Source: Selaginella moellendorffii
Taxonomy: Eukaryota > Plantae > Lycopodiophyta
Direction of reading: 5' to 3'
Assembly: GCF_000143415.4 (NCBI RefSeq)
Contig: NW_003314264.1
Location: 3,047,710 to 3,111,709 of the forward strand
DNA: 64,000 nt
A program made the translations under genes and the position numbers. Below, one piece after another: positions 59,717 through 64,000 of the stretch. Position 1 is the first letter of the stretch; the number at the start of each line of letters is the position of its first letter. The notes beneath the pieces were generated by a model that searched no databases, was not told where the DNA came from, and saw only the letters and a list, made by a program, of their open reading frames with translations.

Positions 59717-61504
59717 ATGCCGGAAGCGCAGCACGACATCGCGCAGCTCATCAGGTCTTGCGGGAATTCCAGAAATCTCCTGAGGGCACAGGAGCTCCAT
59801 CGCCGGATCCTTGCGGAAAACCCACGCGACAGGTTTCTGGCCAATTTGGCGATCGAGATGTTTGGGCGATGCGGCAGCCCGGAGGACGCTCGTCGGGTGT
59901 TCGATCGGATTGAGAGTCCCAATACGTTCTCCTGGAACATCATGATCTCGGCATATGCCCACAATGGATACGCCACCGAGGCGGGAGAGTTCTTCGCCCG
60001 AATTCCCCGCCCGGACGTGATCTCGTGGACGGCCATGATGAATGCATACGTGGAAGCCGGTGATCTAGCCCGAGCTAGAGTAATATTCGATCAAATCCCT
60101 GAGAAGAATCTTGTGTCGTGGAACGCAATAGTCGCAGCATATGCCATAAACGGGCATTTGCAAGATGCTAAGAAACTCTTTGATAAGATGCCCGTGAAGA
60201 CGGTAAACGCGTGCACAGCGATGGTGGAGGCTTACGGATCCAACGGCGAGCTACACAAGGCACTCCACGTGTTCGAATCTGCACCGGACAAGGACACCAT
60301 CCTGTGGAACGCAATGATCCAGGCATTCATCCACAACCAGAATATCCCCCAAGCCAGGAGGATCTTCGAATCGATGCCCAGGAGAGATTCCTCGTCCTGG
60401 AACACGATGCTGGCCGGCTACGCGGGAGCGGGCGATCTGGGGCAGGCCAAGTGGATGTTCGATGCCAATCCGACCAAGACCGTTGTTTCGTGGACGGCCA
60501 TGATCACGGCGTACGCCTTGCACGGACTCATGGAAGCCGCCATATGCGTGTTCCGCGCGATGCCGTACAAGGACGTGGTCGCCTGGAATGCGATGCTCCA
60601 GGCGTTCGCGGACAATGGGGATCTCCAAAGCGCGCGGATGATCTTCCACCAGATCGATCGCCCGGATCCGGCGTCCTGGAGCGCGATGATCGCGGCGTAT
60701 GCCCAGCACGGGCATCTCGACGACGCGCGGCGTGTCTTCGATTCCATCCCGGCCAGATTGCTGCGCCGCAGCGTCGTGCCGTGGAATGCGATGCTGGCGG
60801 CCATCGCGCAGCTCGGCACCGCAGCTGCGGCCGTGGAGTTCTTCTCCCAAATGCCCACCAAGGACGTGGTCTCGCACACGCTCGCCATCGTCGCGCTCGC
60901 GCGCAATGGCGATTTAAACGACGCCAGGAGAGTTTTCGATGCGATGGAGAGGCGAGATCTCGTCGCTTGGGCCGCGATGCTCGCGGGCTACGCTGGAAAT
61001 GGGCGATTGGACGAGGCCGAGGCGCTGTTCCAGAGAATGCCACAGAGCAGCGTTGGATCGTGGAGCGCTGTGATCCACGCGTGTGCGCAAAACGGGCAAG
61101 GGGAGGCGGCGCTGGATTTCTTCCGGAGGATGGAGCAAAGAGGAGTGGAAGCTGACGCGCTGGCGATCATGGGAGTTCTCGCGGCGTGTAGCCATGTTGG
61201 ATCGGTGGAAGAAGCGTGCTACTATTTCACTTCCATGGAGATTGACAGGGAGATCCTTCCCAAGTTGGAGCACTACCACTGCATGGTTGACGCGCTGGGA
61301 CGGTCGGGGAGGATGAGAGAGGCCGAGGAACTTATCCACACCATGCCGTTCCTTCCAACTTCTATATCGTGGACGACGCTTCTGGGAGCTTGTAAGATCC
61401 ACAAAAACGTCGAGCTTGCCGAGCTTGCTGCGGAGAACGCTCGCCGGCTCCAGCTACAGAACATTGCGTCCTACGTGCTGCTCTCGAATTTGATTGCTGC
61501 ATGA
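59717..61504 (+). CDS. PLS-class PPR protein with E domain
   Basis: Short-motif array; ends ASYVLLSNLIAA. Confidence 0.93.
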   Translation: MPEAQHDIAQLIRSCGNSRNLLRAQELHRRILAENPRDRFLANLAIEMFGRCGSPEDARRVFDRIESPNTFSWNIMISAYAHNGYATEAGEFFARIPRPDVISWTAMMNAYVEAGDLARARVIFDQIPEKNLVSWNAIVAAYAINGHLQDAKKLFDKMPVKTVNACTAMVEAYGSNGELHKALHVFESAPDKDTILWNAMIQAFIHNQNIPQARRIFESMPRRDSSSWNTMLAGYAGAGDLGQAKWMFDANPTKTVVSWTAMITAYALHGLMEAAICVFRAMPYKDVVAWNAMLQAFADNGDLQSARMIFHQIDRPDPASWSAMIAAYAQHGHLDDARRVFDSIPARLLRRSVVPWNAMLAAIAQLGTAAAAVEFFSQMPTKDVVSHTLAIVALARNGDLNDARRVFDAMERRDLVAWAAMLAGYAGNGRLDEAEALFQRMPQSSVGSWSAVIHACAQNGQGEAALDFFRRMEQRGVEADALAIMGVLAACSHVGSVEEACYYFTSMEIDREILPKLEHYHCMVDALGRSGRMREAEELIHTMPFLPTSISWTTLLGACKIHKNVELAELAAENARRLQLQNIASYVLLSNLIAA

Positions 61505-61565
61505 TACGAGATCAAAACTTTGAAACGGTGCAGAACCACACGAGAACGAACCTGTTTGTGTAGTT

Positions 61566-64000
61566 TCACTTTGGAGTGGCACAGATCTGGCGGGTGATCG
61601 TTCCATTGAATAACGCACACGCCTGAAAGAAGAAAGCGTTTACTTCTGCGTGGAACAAAGTCTCAACATACCAGCTTCGCACTAAGTCCGATCTTATGAA
61701 GGTCCTGGAGCTGAGAGTTTACACGTATACCACCTTGAGTTAGTATGTGACATTTGCTAGCAAGTCTAACCTCCTTGATTGGCGATTTCTCATTTTCCCG
61801 TAACTGTAGTATGTAGTCCGCTCTCTTTTCTCCAATACCCTGTGAGGTGCTACTGCTTAGAAAGTGTTACAATTTGTTAAAACTCGAGCACACCTTAAGC
61901 GCCAGCAATTCCTCTCTATAAACCGAAAGATCAGCGAGTTAAAGCTCATGCAAGAGCGAGTCAATACAAAAATGAGTACCTCTTTCCTCTGTTTAAGACT
62001 TGGATGTATTCCTTCATTAACGTATCCTGTCCAGTTTTTGCATGGTTAGAAAGACCGAGGAAGGGTAAGCGACAGTTTTATTACCTGGACAAGCTGGCTT
62101 CGCATGTTAAGCTTTTCCAATGGTGTCTGGCTCGAGGACGAGTCAGGCAGGCACTGGAAAATGGGACTTAAGTCGAAACTTTTTTCTTGATTGGATGGAA
62201 GAGGAGAGAGCGCCTCACGCATGGAAGTTCCTAGACAACGAAGCTTTGCACTGAGCGGAGGAGATTTCGGGCTCCCGAGGTTGAAAGGAGAAGTTGGAGC
62301 CACGTTTTCTTTCTCGAATTCTTCTGCATCACAGTGGAGTTTCGGTGGCGAAAGCATTACAATTTTTGTACCTGTATGTGCTCCAGTCTGAAACGTAGGC
62401 AGTTCTTTAAAAACTTGGAATTTCAAGCCCGTGTCTGTCCGGAACCGGCTGCAAAAAATCGAAAGAGTCAAACCATAACCCGGTACAACTCTTCACTTCT
62501 GAACCTGACTTCTGATTCCTCTTTGCAAGATTTTTGCAGCGATGACTTTCCCTTCAGACCCGCTGGGGTGGATCTTTGCAATGGGGAGAATAACCTGGCT
62601 GGAGATTTTGCGCAGTTCTTACTTCTTTCCTCTCGCCAAGCTTTAAGTTTTGCTTCCATGTCAACTTTCTCGTGTGGATCGTCTTCAGCGAACTTATTCA
62701 CTATCTGTCTTGACTTTGCGGCAAGATTTAAGGTATGTATTGCTTCTTGATACGAGCCCGGGTTCTACTGAATATAAGGTTTAGTACGAAAGCATTTTGT
62801 AAAATTGCCAGCAAAACTTACCAGGCATGCAATCATAATGGCACAGCTTGTTCCTCCCAGCGAGTCTTGCAAGATTCGTGTCAGCTTGCTGTCCCTGTAT
62901 GGTATCCTAGTTTCTTTCGAGTTCAGCGCACAAATCACGTTTGAAAGAGCAAACAATGATTGATTGATACGACTGCTTTCGGCTAAACGGACACCTTCAT
63001 TTCCAGACCGACGATTATCCTCGTTTCCTGAGACATCAGGCAAATGCATTGAAAACTTTAAAGCATAGAGATCGTTAGAAGCGATGCCATACCTGCAAGA
63101 TCAATAAGGTTGAGCTTCCCGACTGCCATCTTCTCGATGTTATCCAGGTTTCCAGTTGTTACTGACACAGTCAAGATGGCATGACTTCGACTAGAAACGT
63201 CATTTAGTTCAGTCTGGCCCGTCTTACGGCCGGAACAGCCTTTTAAATACACCGCTTGAAACTCCTCGATATCTTTAACAAGAACCTGTTTGAGAATTGA
63301 AGCTTTGAACAAACGACGAAAGGGACAAGGAACTATGCCTTACCTGGGATAAACCGCGAAGCTGAATATGTCCGTGGATATCATCCATCACAGAAACTTC
63401 CATTCGTTTTGGTTCCAAAAGGTCATAGCAGCGATCCATATATATCTCACAGTATGATACATTTATGGTGGCCTCCACCGCATTTGCTATGGAGAGGATT
63501 GCTGCCATAGTTAAGGGAATGAGCCCATCTTTTCCCACTCCCTGGAGAGGAAAAAAAAGAAGAAGAAAAACTTGATTCATTCACAAGGAAGAAACAAGAG
63601 AAACCTCACCTGCATTGTGTGGGTTTTGCCACTGCCAGTAGCTCCATACGCAAAAACCGTAGCGTTGCAACCACGGAAAAGTATCGGAACGATTGGTTCC
63701 ATCTCCATCTTAAATATGTAGCTGATATGGTCCTCGGCTCCATAGCAAAAGTCGAGCTTGTAAGTCTCTCTCCTACTGTTAGACAAAGAACACACAAAGT
63801 TGCCAAGAAAATGGAAGTTTATCCTCTTTCCTTACCCAGTGATCTCGTTCTTTATGTGAAGACTACTCGATTCCGTGTCATTGTCCCTGCTAATGCCAAG
63901 ACAGGAATTCTCGCCTTCTTCCGCGGACAGGAACGGCCGGATCCGGCAAATCACGCGAATCCTCGAGCTGGGCGCGTTCCTGGCGACCCTCGCGGGAGTC
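61566..64000 (-). CDS. Kinesin-10 (KIF22/Kid-like) with C-terminal helix-hairpin-helix; 5' end beyond window
   Basis: [35 protein letters not shown]...[12 protein letters not shown]. Confidence 0.92.

Noticed and set aside
11370-61464. Many long antisense and alternative-frame ORFs over PPR genes
   Set aside because: Expected shadows of GC-rich repetitive coding sequence; no recognisable domains

Overview
Compact eukaryotic, plant nuclear DNA. The ~45-75 nt introns, dense gene packing and six intronless PLS/E-class PPR genes suggest a Selaginella-like lycophyte (inference). 1-10.4 kb holds two degenerate copies of one Ty3/gypsy LTR retrotransposon lying tail-to-tail. The better-preserved copy has a G_GGA_AAC -1 frameshift site and a predicted H-type pseudoknot between gag and pol. 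The gene-rich part contains MED9, a BSL kelch phosphatase, tRNA-iMet, SR45a, three tRNA-Val genes, an alpha/beta hydrolase, a RING-PUF-like-RING gene, a DnaJ protein, a GDSL lipase, a CBM20 protein, a RING-H2 protein, a serine carboxypeptidase and a kinesin-10. It also contains a ~3.1 kb fold-back inverted duplication carrying LRR and IWS1-like pseudogene fragments, and a frameshifted secreted bulb-lectin chimera. The most striking candidate is a five-exon gene (45749-48033, minus) encoding signal peptide + EF-hand + SAM + FN3 + TM + FYVE-like zinc finger. Its EF-SAM module resembles the animal ER Ca2+ sensor STIM, which is generally considered absent from plants. All domain calls were made by eye from remembered family motifs; no searches were run.
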